Source of the DNA: a virus
Taxonomy: Duplodnaviria; Heunggongvirae; Uroviricota; Caudoviricetes
Length of the DNA: 64,000 nt
Strand: one strand, 5' to 3'
Virus record (IMG/VR): IMGVR_UViG_3300031420_000496
Location: 5,472 to 69,471 of that record
This document shows, one piece after another, positions 1 to 9,040 of the stretch. Within the stretch, counting starts at the first letter, position 1, and each line of letters begins with the position of its first letter. Position numbers and translations under genes: made by a program. The notes under the pieces were generated by a model. It was given only the letters and a program-made list of their open reading frames with translations. It made no database searches and was not told the DNA's origin.

Positions 1-102
1 GACCGCGATGGAGGTAGAACAATCAAGACGGCAAGAGCTGACTCTGAAGACCAGATGCGGGACCTTGATGAAAATCAATGTGAACAAAAAACGTAATCGA
101 CG

Positions 103-178
103 TTAGACCCGGGGATCGAACCCACTCTCCCACGTCTCAGGTGGGCGCATCAACCAGAGATGCTTTGGCCTCCAATTG
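103..178 (-). tRNA. tRNA-like gene (D-arm and anticodon arm with GAG loop visible; T-stem/acceptor imperfect)
   Basis: GGATCGAACCC T-loop complement; could not close acceptor stem cleanly. Confidence 0.4.
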
Positions 179-213
179 GCGGAGGATAATCAATTACAGC
201 CGGTTCACAAACT

Positions 214-291
214 TGGTCAGGGAGGTGGGATTCGAACCCACAGCCTTCGCGCTCCGGACGCGACCGTCTACCAGATTGACAATACACCCTG
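214..291 (-). tRNA. tRNA (anticodon loop UCCGGAG, possibly CGG; C at position 33)
   Basis: encoded CCA (TGG on plus), T-arm GTGGG/CCCAC, acceptor with one mismatch. Confidence 0.6.
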
Positions 292-298
292 AAAACTT

Positions 299-1573
299 TT
301 ACAACCTCCAGACAAACTTGCCCAGATCGTGATTCTTGAATGCTGACTTCACATCGATGAAATAGCTGTCGACGTCATGCAGCTTGTTGTCGAAGTCGCC
401 ACTATCCATCTCGAGGAATTCGTTATGCGCGACAGCAGCAATGATCGCATTCGCAACCGGGAGCTGTTCCCACGTGTACAACCGGATTCCGTATTCGTTG
501 CGGACTTCATCCGCGTCTGCATGTGGATCATGCACGAATACTTCGATGCCGTAGCTCTTCAACTCGTTGATGATGTCGATCACTTTCGAGTTCCGGATGT
601 CAGCACAGTTCTCTTTGAACGTGATGCCCATCACAATAACTTTCGAACCACGGATCGACTCGCCAACTTCAATCATTCGCTTCACTGTCTGCTCTGCGAT
701 GAACTTGCCCATGCTGTCGTTGATGCGTCGACCTGACAAAATCACTTGAGGAGTATATCCCAGCATTTCTGCTTTGTGAGTCAGGTAGTACGGATCGACA
801 CCGATGCAGTGTCCACCGACCAAACCAGGACGGAACGGCAGGAAGTTCCATTTCGTTCCGGCAGCTTCCAACACTTCAGTGGTGTCGATGCCGATACGTT
901 GGAAAATCAACGCCAGTTCATTCATCAGCGCAATGTTCAGATCGCGTTGAGTATTTTCAATTACCTTGCATGCTTCAGCGACTTTGATGCTCGAGCAGCG
1001 GTGTACGCCAGGCTCGACAATGCTTTCGTAAAGCGCTGCAACCTTGTCCAGAGTTTGCGGACAATCTCCGGACACAACCTTGAGGATCGTCGTCAGCGTA
1101 TGCTTGCGATCGCCCGGGTTGATTCGTTCAGGCGAATAGCCTACGAAGAAATCTTCTTTCCATTTTAGACCCGACGCCTTTTCCAGTTCCGGAATGCAAA
1201 TCTCTTCCGTTGCTCCTGGGTAAACAGTCGACTCGTAAATGACTGTCGTGCCACTCTTCATGTGAGCACCGACAGCTTGACTCGCACCAATCAGCGGAGC
1301 GAAGTCCGGTGTATGTGCGGCATCAACAGGGGTTGGAACAGCGATGATGACCACGTCGACTTCATCGAGTCGACTCAGATCGGAAGTGTACTCCGCATGA
1401 ATTGCGGCAGCCATCACTTCATCCGATATTTCGCTCGAGGGATCAGTGCCGTTTTGGCACGATGAAACCTTCTGCTCGGAAATATCAAAACCGATTGTCT
1501 TGCCGAGTTTTCCGAACTCGACAACGAGTGGGAGCCCAACATAACCAAGACCGATAACACCGATCGACGACAT
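299..1573 (-). CDS. nucleotide-sugar dehydrogenase (UDP-glucose/UDP-ManNAc 6-dehydrogenase family)
   Basis: N-terminal Rossmann motif [11 protein letters not shown], catalytic Cys region, 424 aa; family recognised from motifs. Confidence 0.85.
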   Translation of the reverse strand: MSSIGVIGLGYVGLPLVVEFGKLGKTIGFDISEQKVSSCQNGTDPSSEISDEVMAAAIHAEYTSDLSRLDEVDVVIIAVPTPVDAAHTPDFAPLIGASQAVGAHMKSGTTVIYESTVYPGATEEICIPELEKASGLKWKEDFFVGYSPERINPGDRKHTLTTILKVVSGDCPQTLDKVAALYESIVEPGVHRCSSIKVAEACKVIENTQRDLNIALMNELALIFQRIGIDTTEVLEAAGTKWNFLPFRPGLVGGHCIGVDPYYLTHKAEMLGYTPQVILSGRRINDSMGKFIAEQTVKRMIEVGESIRGSKVIVMGITFKENCADIRNSKVIDIINELKSYGIEVFVHDPHADADEVRNEYGIRLYTWEQLPVANAIIAAVAHNEFLEMDSGDFDNKLHDVDSYFIDVKSAFKNHDLGKFVWRL

Positions 1574-1591
1574 CTTGAACTCCTAAAATTC

Positions 1592-1668
1592 TGGTAGGCC
1601 GTGAGGGATTCGAACCCTCTCCTCCCGATTATGAGTCGAGAGCTCTTACCAAATGAGCTACCGGCCCA
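1592..1668 (-). tRNA. tRNA-Met/Ile2 (anticodon CAU)
   Basis: clean cloverleaf, loop CUCAUAA, encoded CCA. Confidence 0.8.
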
Positions 1669-1969
1669 ATCATCCAACCAAGCCAATCAACCACGCAAGT
1701 ACAAACGCGGCGATAGCGAGGAAGAAAAATACACGTGCAAAGAAGCCAGCAATAAAACAGATCACTGCAAGAACAAGCAATGAGATACCGAATGAATACA
1801 TGCTGAACCTCCGAAGAAAAAATGGCAAGCGTCCACAGGACTTTAATCAGACTCCGCGTCTGCACTCTTTACTGGGACTGGAGATACTATTTATATCTCC
1901 AGCCTCGCTTTACGATCCCGAACTTTCGTCCGGGATACTGCGACTTAGCCGAGCCAAACCCTTAAACGA

Positions 1970-2701
1970 TTACTCGCGGATTTTCTTCTTGGTCACCACC
2001 GGTGCTTCGACCGGAGCCGGAGCTGGTGCCGGTTCAGCGACTGGCGCTGGAGCGGTGTAGACCGGTGCTGGTGCCGGAGCGACGTAGGTCGTTTTCACGA
2101 CGGTTGCCGGACGCGAGCCGAAGGTGTAGACCAGGCTGACGTTCGCGCTGTTGATGCGGTTGTCCGAACGACCGAAGTCGACGTTCTGGCGCTCGAGTTC
2201 ACCGCGCAGAGCGACTTTGTCGCTGAACTTGTACTGCGCGCCGACGGCGAAGTGCGAACCGGTGTCGTGACCACGACCGCTGGTGATCCAGCCTGGTTCA
2301 CGGCCGGATGCGGTCACGCGGGTACGTGCCACACCAGCTTTACCGATCAGGCCGAAGCGCTCGGTGACCGGAACGGTCAGGACTGCGTCCAGGCCCAGGC
2401 TGCGTGCTTGTGCTTCAGCGCTTGCCAGACGGTTCGACGCGGTGTAGTGGCCGAGGTAGTTTGCCGAGACTTCGGTGCCGAAGTAGCGGTTGAACTTGTA
2501 GCCGACGAAGGCTTTGCCGGTCGTGTCTTTGTCGTCGATCGAGGTCGGGCCGTAGCTCTTGACGTAGTCGACTGCATCGCCTTTCAGCTTGCTTTGGCCT
2601 ACGCCCACACCGGCGTAGAATGCGTTGTCCGGCCATTCGGCGGCGGATGCTGCGTTGGCTGCGAAGAGGGCGGCTGCGATAAGGGCGAGTTTGATTTTCA
2701 T
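1970..2701 (-). CDS. OmpA-like 8-strand beta-barrel outer-membrane protein (no C-terminal peptidoglycan-binding domain)
   Basis: signal peptide MKIKLALIAAALFAANAASA, alternating amphipathic strands ending in F/Y, Pro-Ala-rich tail. Confidence 0.65.
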   Translation of the reverse strand: MKIKLALIAAALFAANAASAAEWPDNAFYAGVGVGQSKLKGDAVDYVKSYGPTSIDDKDTTGKAFVGYKFNRYFGTEVSANYLGHYTASNRLASAEAQARSLGLDAVLTVPVTERFGLIGKAGVARTRVTASGREPGWITSGRGHDTGSHFAVGAQYKFSDKVALRGELERQNVDFGRSDNRINSANVSLVYTFGSRPATVVKTTYVAPAPAPVYTAPAPVAEPAPAPAPVEAPVVTKKKIRE

Positions 2702-3237
2702 TTAGGCTTCTTTATGGTTGTTGAAGAAAGGGCAGAACATTTGTTGCTGTTTGGACAGCGAAGAGATTGTACCTTGTTTTTGAAAAACGTACAAACTATT
2801 TTTGAATTCAGTGCGCGAAGATTTTTCCGTAATCGACACGACTTCCTCAGATTTCTGCTGAGACCGCATACTCCGATTTGCTTCTCGTACAAACCAGATC
2901 AAACACCGAAGAGGTTTTCCCGTTATGGAACTAAATCGCACTACCCCCAGGGGCAGGTGGAGTGAACCTCTCAACACCGCCGATTTCTCGCAGATCAGCC
3001 ACTCGCGTCTCTATTACGATCGAGAAGACCGGTCACACTCCTCAGTGACCTAGGGAACCATAAATTCGATGTGAACCAAGAACCGAGGAATTGATTCACA
3101 AGCTAGAGTCCGGAGAGGACATACCTGGCGAACGTTTCCAATTCAGCTCCCCGCTCTGCGTACGCAGTGGAAACGGTGTGCACTCCCTCATACGAGCCGT
3201 GGCCTTCGGATGCTCGTAATCAACGGGTTGCTCTTTC

Positions 3238-3323
3238 TGGTGGGTCGTCTTGGAGTCGAACCAAGTATGCCAGAGGCGGCGGATTTACAGTCCGCTGCAG
3301 TCGCCAGTGCTGCTCACGACCCA
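3238..3323 (-). tRNA. tRNA-Tyr (GUA), class II
   Basis: acceptor GGGUCGU/ACGACCC, loop CUGUAAA, long variable arm, CCA encoded. Confidence 0.8.
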
Positions 3324-3329
3324 GTGTAA

Positions 3330-3419
3330 TGGCGGAGGATAATGGAATCGAACCATCGCCTGGGAACACCAAGCGGGCGACCTTTCGAGAGTCGTTAATG
3401 CCCAGCATACCTATCCTCC
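3330..3419 (-). tRNA. tRNA-Ser (CGA), class II
   Basis: acceptor GGAGGAU/AUCCUCC, loop CUCGAAA, long variable arm. Confidence 0.75.
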
Positions 3420-3496
3420 AAATTCGTTGCCAGCTTCCACGCATTTAACAGTATCGTGAGGGGCTTACCTGACAGGCCACAACATTTGCTACAACT

Positions 3497-3586
3497 TGGC
3501 GGAGAACTACGGACTCGAACCGTACCCGACCGAAGCCAGGCGATCCGCTTAGCAGGCGGTCCTATTCCCTGAATAGTTAATTCTCC
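3497..3586 (-). tRNA. tRNA-Ser (GCU), class II
   Basis: acceptor GGAGAAU/GUUCUCC, loop CUGCUAA, long variable arm, CCA encoded. Confidence 0.7.
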
Positions 3587-3596
3587 ATGTTCTTCA

Positions 3597-3763
3597 TTTG
3601 TCGTGCTGGATTCGAACCAGCGTTTCTCTATGCGGATTTACGGTCACCATGCCGGTTGATCGAGTGTGGGTTGCATGCGACCCGATGGGATCATTAACCG
3701 TGAGCTGAATTGAACAGTCTACCTACCCTGCTAGAGCGTGATGGGCCACTACACTAACAACAA
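3597..3763 (-). tRNA. elongated tRNA-like gene (~167 nt) with large internal insertion
   Basis: acceptor UUGUUGU/ACGACAA pairs, D-arm UAGUGUAGUGG, T-arm GCUGG UUCGAAU CCAGC; about 90 nt extra between D-arm and T-arm. Confidence 0.45.
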
Positions 3764-3766
3764 ATT

Positions 3767-3840
3767 TGGTTGCGGTCGCTGGAATCGAACCAGTCTTTCG
3801 GATTATGAGCCCGATGTGCCACCACTTACACTACCCCGCG
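3767..3840 (-). tRNA. tRNA (anticodon loop CUCAUAA, CAU) with imperfect acceptor stem
   Basis: CCA encoded, T-arm CUGG/CCAG, anticodon stem UCGGG/UCCGA. Confidence 0.55.
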
Positions 3841-3848
3841 ATTGATCT

Positions 3849-4193
3849 TTAAACCTTTTCATTGCTCAACACTTTCGCCATCTTGCGTTGCTGCTTCTGA
3901 TTCGGCGGATTACCCGTTCCCAAATCATCATGCGTCAGCAATGCTATCAGGTCGATGTACGTTGGGTCTCGTCCTGATCGGCGATACAATACGCTGATGT
4001 CGTTCGTCAAGTGAGCATGGATTAACCCAGTCTCGCCCAAGTCGCCACCAGCAAAGTGCTGGTCCTTCTTTCCAAATCTTGCCATAGGATCGTTCGTCTT
4101 GAACTGAATGAATTCAGCAAGTTTATTTGCGATACCTTTGTGCTTCGCCAGCGTCTGATTGAACAGCTGACTACGTCGAAATTCTACTTTCAC
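3849..4193 (-). CDS. RelE/YafQ-family mRNA interferase toxin (GTG start)
   Basis: motif IHAHLTNDISVLYR and C-terminal ALLTHDDL resemble YafQ/RelE; start GTG overlaps upstream stop in GTGA. Confidence 0.6.
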   Translation of the reverse strand: MKVEFRRSQLFNQTLAKHKGIANKLAEFIQFKTNDPMARFGKKDQHFAGGDLGETGLIHAHLTNDISVLYRRSGRDPTYIDLIALLTHDDLGTGNPPNQKQQRKMAKVLSNEKV

Positions 4194-4369
4194 AGAAGAC
4201 CTTCCTGCGCCAACTGCATCAGAAGAGTCGCACCATCAACCGGCGCCGACAAGTCTTCTTCTTTGACTTGCACAGCTTCGAAAAGCACTTCTTTGTCCAG
4301 GCCACTGTCATCTGCTTCGATAGCTTCGCGCAGTGCGACTTCAGCGATCAGAGTAGTTTTGTTAGCCAT
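4194..4369 (-). CDS. putative antitoxin (58-aa acidic protein)
   Basis: small acidic ORF MANKTTLIAEVALREAIEADDSG.. immediately upstream, stop/start overlap GTGA with toxin; below 60-aa ORF cutoff. Confidence 0.45.
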
Positions 4370-4580
4370 GGTGTACCTCGTTGTCTGTCAATGAAAGCAT
4401 TATAACACGTCCTCACATTTTGTGTAGACTATTTATGCTGTCATTTGAACTTGCAAGAAAAGGGATGGTCGCTACGCCATCATCTGTTTAATGCGCCGGT
4501 GCACCGGGAACAGTCCATCCGTCAATCGTGTCCGAATCCCATGCCTGAGACCTTGCTTTCCACGACGCCTCTTCTTAACT

Positions 4581-4654
4581 TGGTGCCCCACGACAGAATC
4601 GAACTGACGTTTGAAGGTTACAAAGCTCCTGTTCTACCATTGAACTAGTGGGGC
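4581..4654 (-). tRNA. tRNA (loop UUUGUAA, UGU; Thr-like)
   Basis: acceptor GCCCCAC/GUGGGGC, CCA encoded. Confidence 0.7.
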
Positions 4655-4660
4655 GAAACT

Positions 4661-4736
4661 TGGTGCCGGTTGCAGGACTCGAACCCGCCACCCCATGATT
4701 ACAAATCAAGTGCTCTACCAGATGAGCTAAACCGGC
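4661..4736 (-). tRNA. tRNA (loop UUUGUAA, UGU)
   Basis: acceptor GCCGGUU/AACCGGC, D-arm GCUCAUCUGGUAGAGC, CCA encoded. Confidence 0.7.
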
Positions 4737-4743
4737 AAAATCT

Positions 4744-5025
4744 TTACGGTGCTTGTTCGTTGTTGCTTGGAGAGTTCTTGCCGATGTGATAACCATCGCA
4801 TCGCCAGCACTTCCATTTACCGAACGCGTTACCCGTTTTCTTTTCCATCGCTGCCGCAGCTTTCACTGCACTAGCTCTGGTATTGTACATTATTTTTGGC
4901 TGGCCGTCAGATCGTTCGTGTGTTCGTGGATGCCAGAAGCAACCGAACCCGCCTTTCCGTACGTTCCGCCACATGCGGCTTAAAGGCAGTTGATCCTTGA
5001 AGCCGAGATAGATGTTGCGTAGCTT
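4744..5025 (-). CDS. small hypothetical protein with C-terminal CxxC..H motif
   Basis: ORF MKLRNIYLGF..KCWRCDGYHIGKN between tRNAs; the longer 171-aa track ORF runs through tRNA genes. Confidence 0.35.
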   Translation of the reverse strand, partial: KLRNIYLGFKDQLPLSRMWRNVRKGGFGCFWHPRTHERSDGQPKIMYNTRASAVKAAAAMEKKTGNAFGKWKCWRCDGYHIGKNSPSNNEQAP

Positions 5026-5048
5026 CATAACAACTCCCAATAAAAACT

Positions 5049-5123
5049 TGGGCCTAAGGGCTGGATTCGAACCAGCGCACAGCTCCCATAACGGAGCCTG
5101 CTCTACCGCTGAGCTACCTCGGG
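5049..5123 (-). tRNA. tRNA with apparent 6-nt anticodon loop (GUUAUG; UAU-like)
   Basis: good acceptor/D/T arms; anticodon stem GCUCC/GGAGC leaves only 6 loop nt. Confidence 0.55.
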
Positions 5124-5133
5124 CATTGAAACT

Positions 5134-5224
5134 TGGTGGGGATAGTGGGATTCGAACCCACAATACGCTTTCGCGGCTCCACGGTCTGAACGTGGCGACT
5201 TTACCAGAATTTGCCCATATCCCC
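5134..5224 (-). tRNA. tRNA-Leu (CAG), class II
   Basis: acceptor GGGGAUA/UAUCCCC, loop UUCAGAC, long variable arm, CCA encoded. Confidence 0.75.
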
Positions 5225-5231
5225 GTATTTT

Positions 5232-5321
5232 TGGCGGAAGTAGTGAGATTCGAACTCACGGACCTTTTTACCAGTCACCACCTTTCCAAGATGGCGCGAT
5301 AGACCACTCTGCCATACTTCC
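5232..5321 (-). tRNA. tRNA-Ser (GGA), class II
   Basis: acceptor GGAAGUA/UACUUCC, loop UUGGAAA, long variable arm. Confidence 0.75.
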
Positions 5322-5432
5322 ATATCAAAGCCTACTGAATGAATTCACTTGACCACGAATGGGCGAGGTCACGCTGCAGGCGTTGAATTCTTGCCGTCTT
5401 TCGACGCAACCACTATTCAGTGGGCTTTGATA

Positions 5433-5518
5433 TGGAGCGGGTAACAGGATTCGAACCTGCGTAAACTATTCGCCTCTTGATTGGAAGTCAAGTGCTCTAC
5501 CATCTGAGCTATACCCGC
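5433..5518 (-). tRNA. tRNA-Gly(UCC)-like with ~15-nt extended variable region
   Basis: acceptor GCGGGUA/UACCCGC, loop CUUCCAA, extra GGCGAAUAGUUUACGC before T-arm. Confidence 0.6.
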
Positions 5519-5581
5519 ATCGGAACCTTTTTGAAAGCGCTCGTGTTCAGGAGCGAGCTTGCAGCACGCTGCAAGCGGGTT

Positions 5582-5718
5582 TGGTGTAGAGGGTAGGATT
5601 CGAACCTACGACATACTGCTTGGATAACTATTCACATTCGGTTGACGTTTGTCAACAAGTTGCGCAAACAGGTGTCTTTCGACGAGGCGGTCGCTCTGCC
5701 AGACTGAGCTACCTCTAC
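5582..5718 (-). tRNA. elongated tRNA-like gene (~137 nt) with internal insertion carrying GUUGAC-AAAC-GUCAAC hairpin
   Basis: perfect acceptor GUAGAGG/CCUCUAC, canonical D-arm GCUCAGUCUGGCAGAGC and T-arm GUAGG UUCGAAU CCUAC; about 56 nt extra. Confidence 0.5.
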
Positions 5719-5726
5719 ATTAAAAC

Positions 5727-5801
5727 TGGAGCAGGTGAAGGGATTCGAACCCTCGACATTTTCGTTGGCAACGAAAGACTCTACCGCTGAGCTACACCTG
5801 C
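5727..5801 (-). tRNA. tRNA-Gly (GCC)
   Basis: acceptor GCAGGUG/CACCUGC, loop UUGCCAA, CCA encoded. Confidence 0.8.
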
Positions 5802-5879
5802 ATAGTTGCCACCCGGCAATACCCGTTAAGAGACGACGCGTCATCTCATGTGGACTTACTCATTCGCAGTGCCCATTGT

Positions 5880-5953
5880 CTGGGTGGCTGGATTTGAACC
5901 AGCGCCCTCCTCGTTCCAAACAAGGCCGTCTACCAGACTGACATTACACCCAG
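5880..5953 (-). tRNA. tRNA-Pro (UGG), CCA not encoded
   Basis: acceptor CUGGGUG/CACCCAG, loop UUUGGAA. Confidence 0.7.
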
Positions 5954-6010
5954 ACAATGGGCACTGCATAATTATATGACAACAAAAGAGTTTGCATCGG
6001 AGATTTTTCC

Positions 6011-6036
6011 GAGATAACCAATGCATGTCGGTTGTC
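6011..6036. repeat. copy of recurrent hairpin motif GATAACCAAT-N10-CGGTTGTC (spacer copy)
   Basis: inverted repeat GATAACC/GGTTGTC; same motif found inside several tRNA-like genes. Confidence 0.5.
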
Positions 6037-6041
6037 AAACT

Positions 6042-6116
6042 TGGAGTCGCGTGAGGGAATCGAACCCCCGAACATCGGATTTGCAATCCGTGACCTTACC
6101 ACTGGGCTAACGCGAC
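6042..6116 (-). tRNA. tRNA-Cys (GCA)
   Basis: acceptor GUCGCGU/ACGCGAC, loop UUGCAAA, CCA encoded. Confidence 0.75.
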
Positions 6117-6306
6117 ATTGTTCGTTTGTTCATGTTGTCTCAATCAGATTCTCCTGAGTACGAGGAGTATATGCGACGGCTACCAACCTATGCATTTCCC
6201 ATTGTACCGCACTAGTCCTCTGTTGAACAGTCAAGGCGTCGGAAGCATAACCGGACTGATGGCAGTTACACGTACTCGCACATGAACAAGTTCTTACACC
6301 ATATTC

Positions 6307-6393
6307 TGGTGCGGATGATGGGACTCGAACCCACACGCCCTTTCGGGCATTAGGCCCTCAACCTAACGCGTCTACCAGTTCCGCCACAACCGC
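6307..6393 (-). tRNA. tRNA-Leu (GAG), class II
   Basis: E. coli Leu-like D-arm UGGCGGAACUGGUAGACGCG, loop UUGAGGG, long variable arm, CCA encoded. Confidence 0.75.
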
Positions 6394-6846
6394 TTTGGTT
6401 CTGAACTTGCCCTTCGAAAAGGTATGTGTCTGCGTATGGCAGTTTGGACATAGCAATCTGAGGTTGGATTGCGCGTTGTTCGTTTTATCACCGTCGATAT
6501 GATCTACCTGCAAAACTAGCTTCTTGCCGTTCCACATGGGCGGCTGTTTGCATTCGGAACACTCGTCGGTCCATAATCCTGCTTTCAACATTTTCTTCTT
6601 GATGGCAGCGCCAGTCATGAAGTGTTCGTTGCTGAAAATCTTTTCAAGTGGAATCTCCCACTTTGGATTTGGCTTCTTCGTACCTTTCAAACCTTGATTC
6701 GGTGCGTACAAGCCAAACTCTTTACAACGTCGCTTGAACGTCATAAAGGATAATCCTATCACATCTGAAGCAGCTTTCGCAGAATTACTTTGCGTTAAAG
6801 CCCATTCAATTTGTTCTTTCGTTACTTCAATTTTATTTCTTGCCAT
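6358..6846 (-). CDS. HNH homing endonuclease
   Basis: VDHIDGDKTNN..LRLLCPNCH motif; RBS GAGGAG before ATG at 6846; 3' end overlaps tRNA-Leu by ~36 nt. Confidence 0.85.
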   Translation of the reverse strand: MARNKIEVTKEQIEWALTQSNSAKAASDVIGLSFMTFKRRCKEFGLYAPNQGLKGTKKPNPKWEIPLEKIFSNEHFMTGAAIKKKMLKAGLWTDECSECKQPPMWNGKKLVLQVDHIDGDKTNNAQSNLRLLCPNCHTQTHTFSKGKFRTKAVVAELVDALG

Positions 6847-6898
6847 TTGATAGACGCTCCTCAAAGAGGGTATTTATACGTCTATCAACGCGAATTCT

Positions 6899-6974
6899 TG
6901 GTGGCGAGGGGTGGATTTGAACCACCGTACCTCCGTCGCAATGACGGCCGCTCTAATCGCTGAGCTACCTCGCC
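6899..6974 (-). tRNA. tRNA (loop AUUGCGA, UGC; Ala-like anticodon but no G3:U70)
   Basis: acceptor GGCGAGG/CCUCGCC, CCA encoded. Confidence 0.7.
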
Positions 6975-6979
6975 TAAGT

Positions 6980-7054
6980 TGGTCGGAGTGGGGTGAATCG
7001 AACACCCGAGTTTCTGGTCCCAAACCAGACGACCTACCACTGGACTACACTCCG
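6980..7054 (-). tRNA. tRNA-Pro(UGG)-like, paralog A
   Basis: loop UUUGGGA; near-identical to 7423-7497 with compensatory stem changes. Confidence 0.7.
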
Positions 7055-7335
7055 ATTCTATCTTTGTAGCCCGGCGAATCTTGGAAGATTCCGTCGAGCC
7101 ACCATTCTGGAAAATTTCCATCAGCATACAGTTCCTTGACAAACAAGGTGCCGAGTGCAATGTCTTCTTTCCAGGATGTCACTGTCATGTTCAAGTAACC
7201 TTTGCCGATGAGGTATCCGTTTTTCGGATTCACTCTCGTGCCATAAGATTCGCTGTTGAACATTTCGAGTAATGCTTCATCGCTGAAGTCTAACCCTGTC
7301 CAATGTCGAGCGAAGTATTTGTATAACTCCGCCAT
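7045..7335 (-). CDS. hypothetical protein (flanked by paralogous tRNAs)
   Basis: ORF MAELYKYFARHWTGLDF..; 3' end overlaps tRNA by ~10 nt. Confidence 0.45.
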   Translation of the reverse strand: MAELYKYFARHWTGLDFSDEALLEMFNSESYGTRVNPKNGYLIGKGYLNMTVTSWKEDIALGTLFVKELYADGNFPEWWLDGIFQDSPGYKDRIGV

Positions 7336-7422
7336 CCGTTTGAATTTCTTACTGACGCCGTTTACAGACGTACGTGGTTGACCCTTGTTGCGTTTAGCGA
7401 TGTCATAGCATCCTCCATAAAT

Positions 7423-7497
7423 TGGTCGGAGTGGCAGGAATCGAACCTGCGAGTTCATGGTCCCAAACCATGCGACCTACCACTGGACTACACTCCG
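7423..7497 (-). tRNA. tRNA-Pro(UGG)-like, paralog B
   Basis: anticodon stem CAUGG/CCAUG and T-stem GCAGG/CCUGC differ from paralog A by compensatory pairs. Confidence 0.7.
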
Positions 7498-7564
7498 ATA
7501 AAACAGAAACTGTCATTCAAAATAGCAACAAAAGTAGCTATCGGGAATTGTGCCCTTGACCACT

Positions 7565-7660
7565 GCACATTAAGGGAATCGAACCCTCTCGGTTTTTCAT
7601 CATAGTAAAAGTAGATAACCAATAAGCAAGCGGTTACTATTTTGGATGACAGCTTCACAA
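7565..7660 (-). other. tRNA-like remnant containing hairpin motif copy (T-arm present, acceptor not closable)
   Basis: GGGAATCGAACCC T-loop complement plus AGATAACCAATAAGCAAGCGGTTAC. Confidence 0.3.
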
Positions 7661-7666
7661 TAAACT

Positions 7667-7787
7667 TGGCTGAGGTCGTCCGGACTCGAACCGGATCTTC
7701 GCCTTTATGAGTGGATAACCAATCACAGGGCGGTTCATTGCTGAACAAAAATGCGCGATCGATGTTTTTCGCGTGCTAACCCTTACA
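7667..7787 (-). tRNA. elongated tRNA-like gene (~120 nt; CAU-type anticodon loop CUCAUAA) with ~45-nt insertion carrying hairpin motif
   Basis: acceptor UGAGGUG/GACCUCA (6/7), D-arm GUGUAAGGGUUAGCAC, T-arm UCCGG UUCGAGU CCGGA; insertion homologous to that in 9123-9262. Confidence 0.5.
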
Positions 7788-7957
7788 CTACACCTCAATT
7801 GTCGAACTCTAGCAGTTCGTAATGGATCACTATCCATCGCTGATGCTTGCTACCACAACCTTCCTCCTTGCACCGCTTTCGCGGTGGGCAGTCATGCGTG
7901 GCTTCATTTCAAGCGTGCCGCATTAAGTACGGCCGAGCATTCTTAAAAACACTTAGT

Positions 7958-8028
7958 AGCGGGTACACGATTCGAACGTGTGATGGCGAAGGCTTATGAG
8001 ACCCTGCTGGTGACCAGGCCCTACCCGC
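7958..8028 (-). tRNA. short tRNA-like gene (loop CUCAUAA, CAU)
   Basis: acceptor GCGGGUA/UACCCGC, T-arm ACACG UUCGAAU CGUGU; atypical D-region. Confidence 0.45.
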
Positions 8029-8093
8029 AACTAAGTATTCTCAAAGCTTGTCGAAGAGCAAGCATTATACACTGTTCTTCGACAAGCTGAATT

Positions 8094-8549
8094 TTATTTT
8101 TGAATCAAACGTCTGCTTAACTGACTATGGCAGTTCGGGCACAAGAACCGCAAGTTCTCAGCACGATCGTCCAGCCAATCTTCATTGATGTGATCGACGT
8201 CAAGCGTCAGTGGATGACCGTGCCATTCAGGCAGTTGTCCGCATTTCTCACACTCATGTTTCCTACCAATTTCCAACAAACTTCTGACAAGCTGTTCTGC
8301 TTTTGCTCGACCGCCGCTTTCTCGCTTCACAAGAATGTCTGCAGCATATTTTCGTTTGTGGCTAATCTTACCAGATGATGAAGACTTACCGAGCATGTGA
8401 CTCATGTCGAGACCGAGGTTTTTAGCACGACGCGTATAGTGGCCGTGCGATCCGCCTGCTTCTTTGATGCCGAGCTTGCGAAGCACTTCGCGGAACGTCG
8501 TGCTCGCTGCTACTGCTTCAGTCAGCATTTCATCGGTTATATTCTTCAT
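8094..8549 (-). CDS. HNH homing endonuclease
   Basis: LTLDVDHINEDWLDDR..LRFLCPNCH motif; start MKNITDEML. Confidence 0.85.
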   Translation of the reverse strand: MKNITDEMLTEAVAASTTFREVLRKLGIKEAGGSHGHYTRRAKNLGLDMSHMLGKSSSSGKISHKRKYAADILVKRESGGRAKAEQLVRSLLEIGRKHECEKCGQLPEWHGHPLTLDVDHINEDWLDDRAENLRFLCPNCHSQLSRRLIQK

Positions 8550-8561
8550 ATCACTTTTGTT

Positions 8562-8644
8562 TGGTGCGCCAGGTGGGACTCGAACCCACAAGGTTACTCG
8601 CTCTAAACGAGTCAGTTGTACCAATTCACATTATCTACTGGCGC
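8562..8644 (-). tRNA. tRNA (loop UUUAGAG, UAG; Leu-like anticodon) with enlarged D-region
   Basis: acceptor GCGCCAG/CUGGCGC, T-arm GUGGG UUCGAGU CCCAC, CCA encoded. Confidence 0.6.
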
Positions 8645-8649
8645 ATTGT

Positions 8650-8728
8650 TGGTACCCACGGCCGGAGTCGAACCGGCAGAATCACGATGTTTTGAGCATC
8701 GCCGCTTTGCCAAATTGCGTACGTGGGC
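8650..8728 (-). tRNA. class I tRNA with anticodon CAA (loop CUCAAAA)
   Basis: clean cloverleaf GCCCACG..CGUGGGU, short variable loop; Leu anticodon on a non-Leu-type body. Confidence 0.65.
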
Positions 8729-8839
8729 ATTGTTAAAAAGAGTGTTCGACTGGGTAACAAAATGTCCAGCTCACCAACACTCGAAAAAGAGAGGAACAAA
8801 AAGCGTCAATCGGTAATGTCCTCTGAGAGGCAACCGTTT

Positions 8840-8990
8840 TCACGGTCTGAGCGGATTCGACACCCTCTAACTGACCGAAGCCAGTATTTCACCTGATAAC
8901 CAATTAACAACGGTTCCATCATTTGAGGTCTCTGCTTCAACACCCAGTGTCTTAGGGTGAAGTCGTGTATAACTACTTTTCCAGCAGTCT
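8840..8990 (-). other. structured tRNA-like element with hairpin motif copy (not a clean tRNA)
   Basis: TGATAACCAATTAACAACGGTTCC motif plus GGATTCGAC T-loop-like segment. Confidence 0.3.
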
Positions 8991-9040
8991 ACCGGTATTT
9001 CGCCACAGCGGATGACTAGTCCGTCAAAGACCTTAAATGA

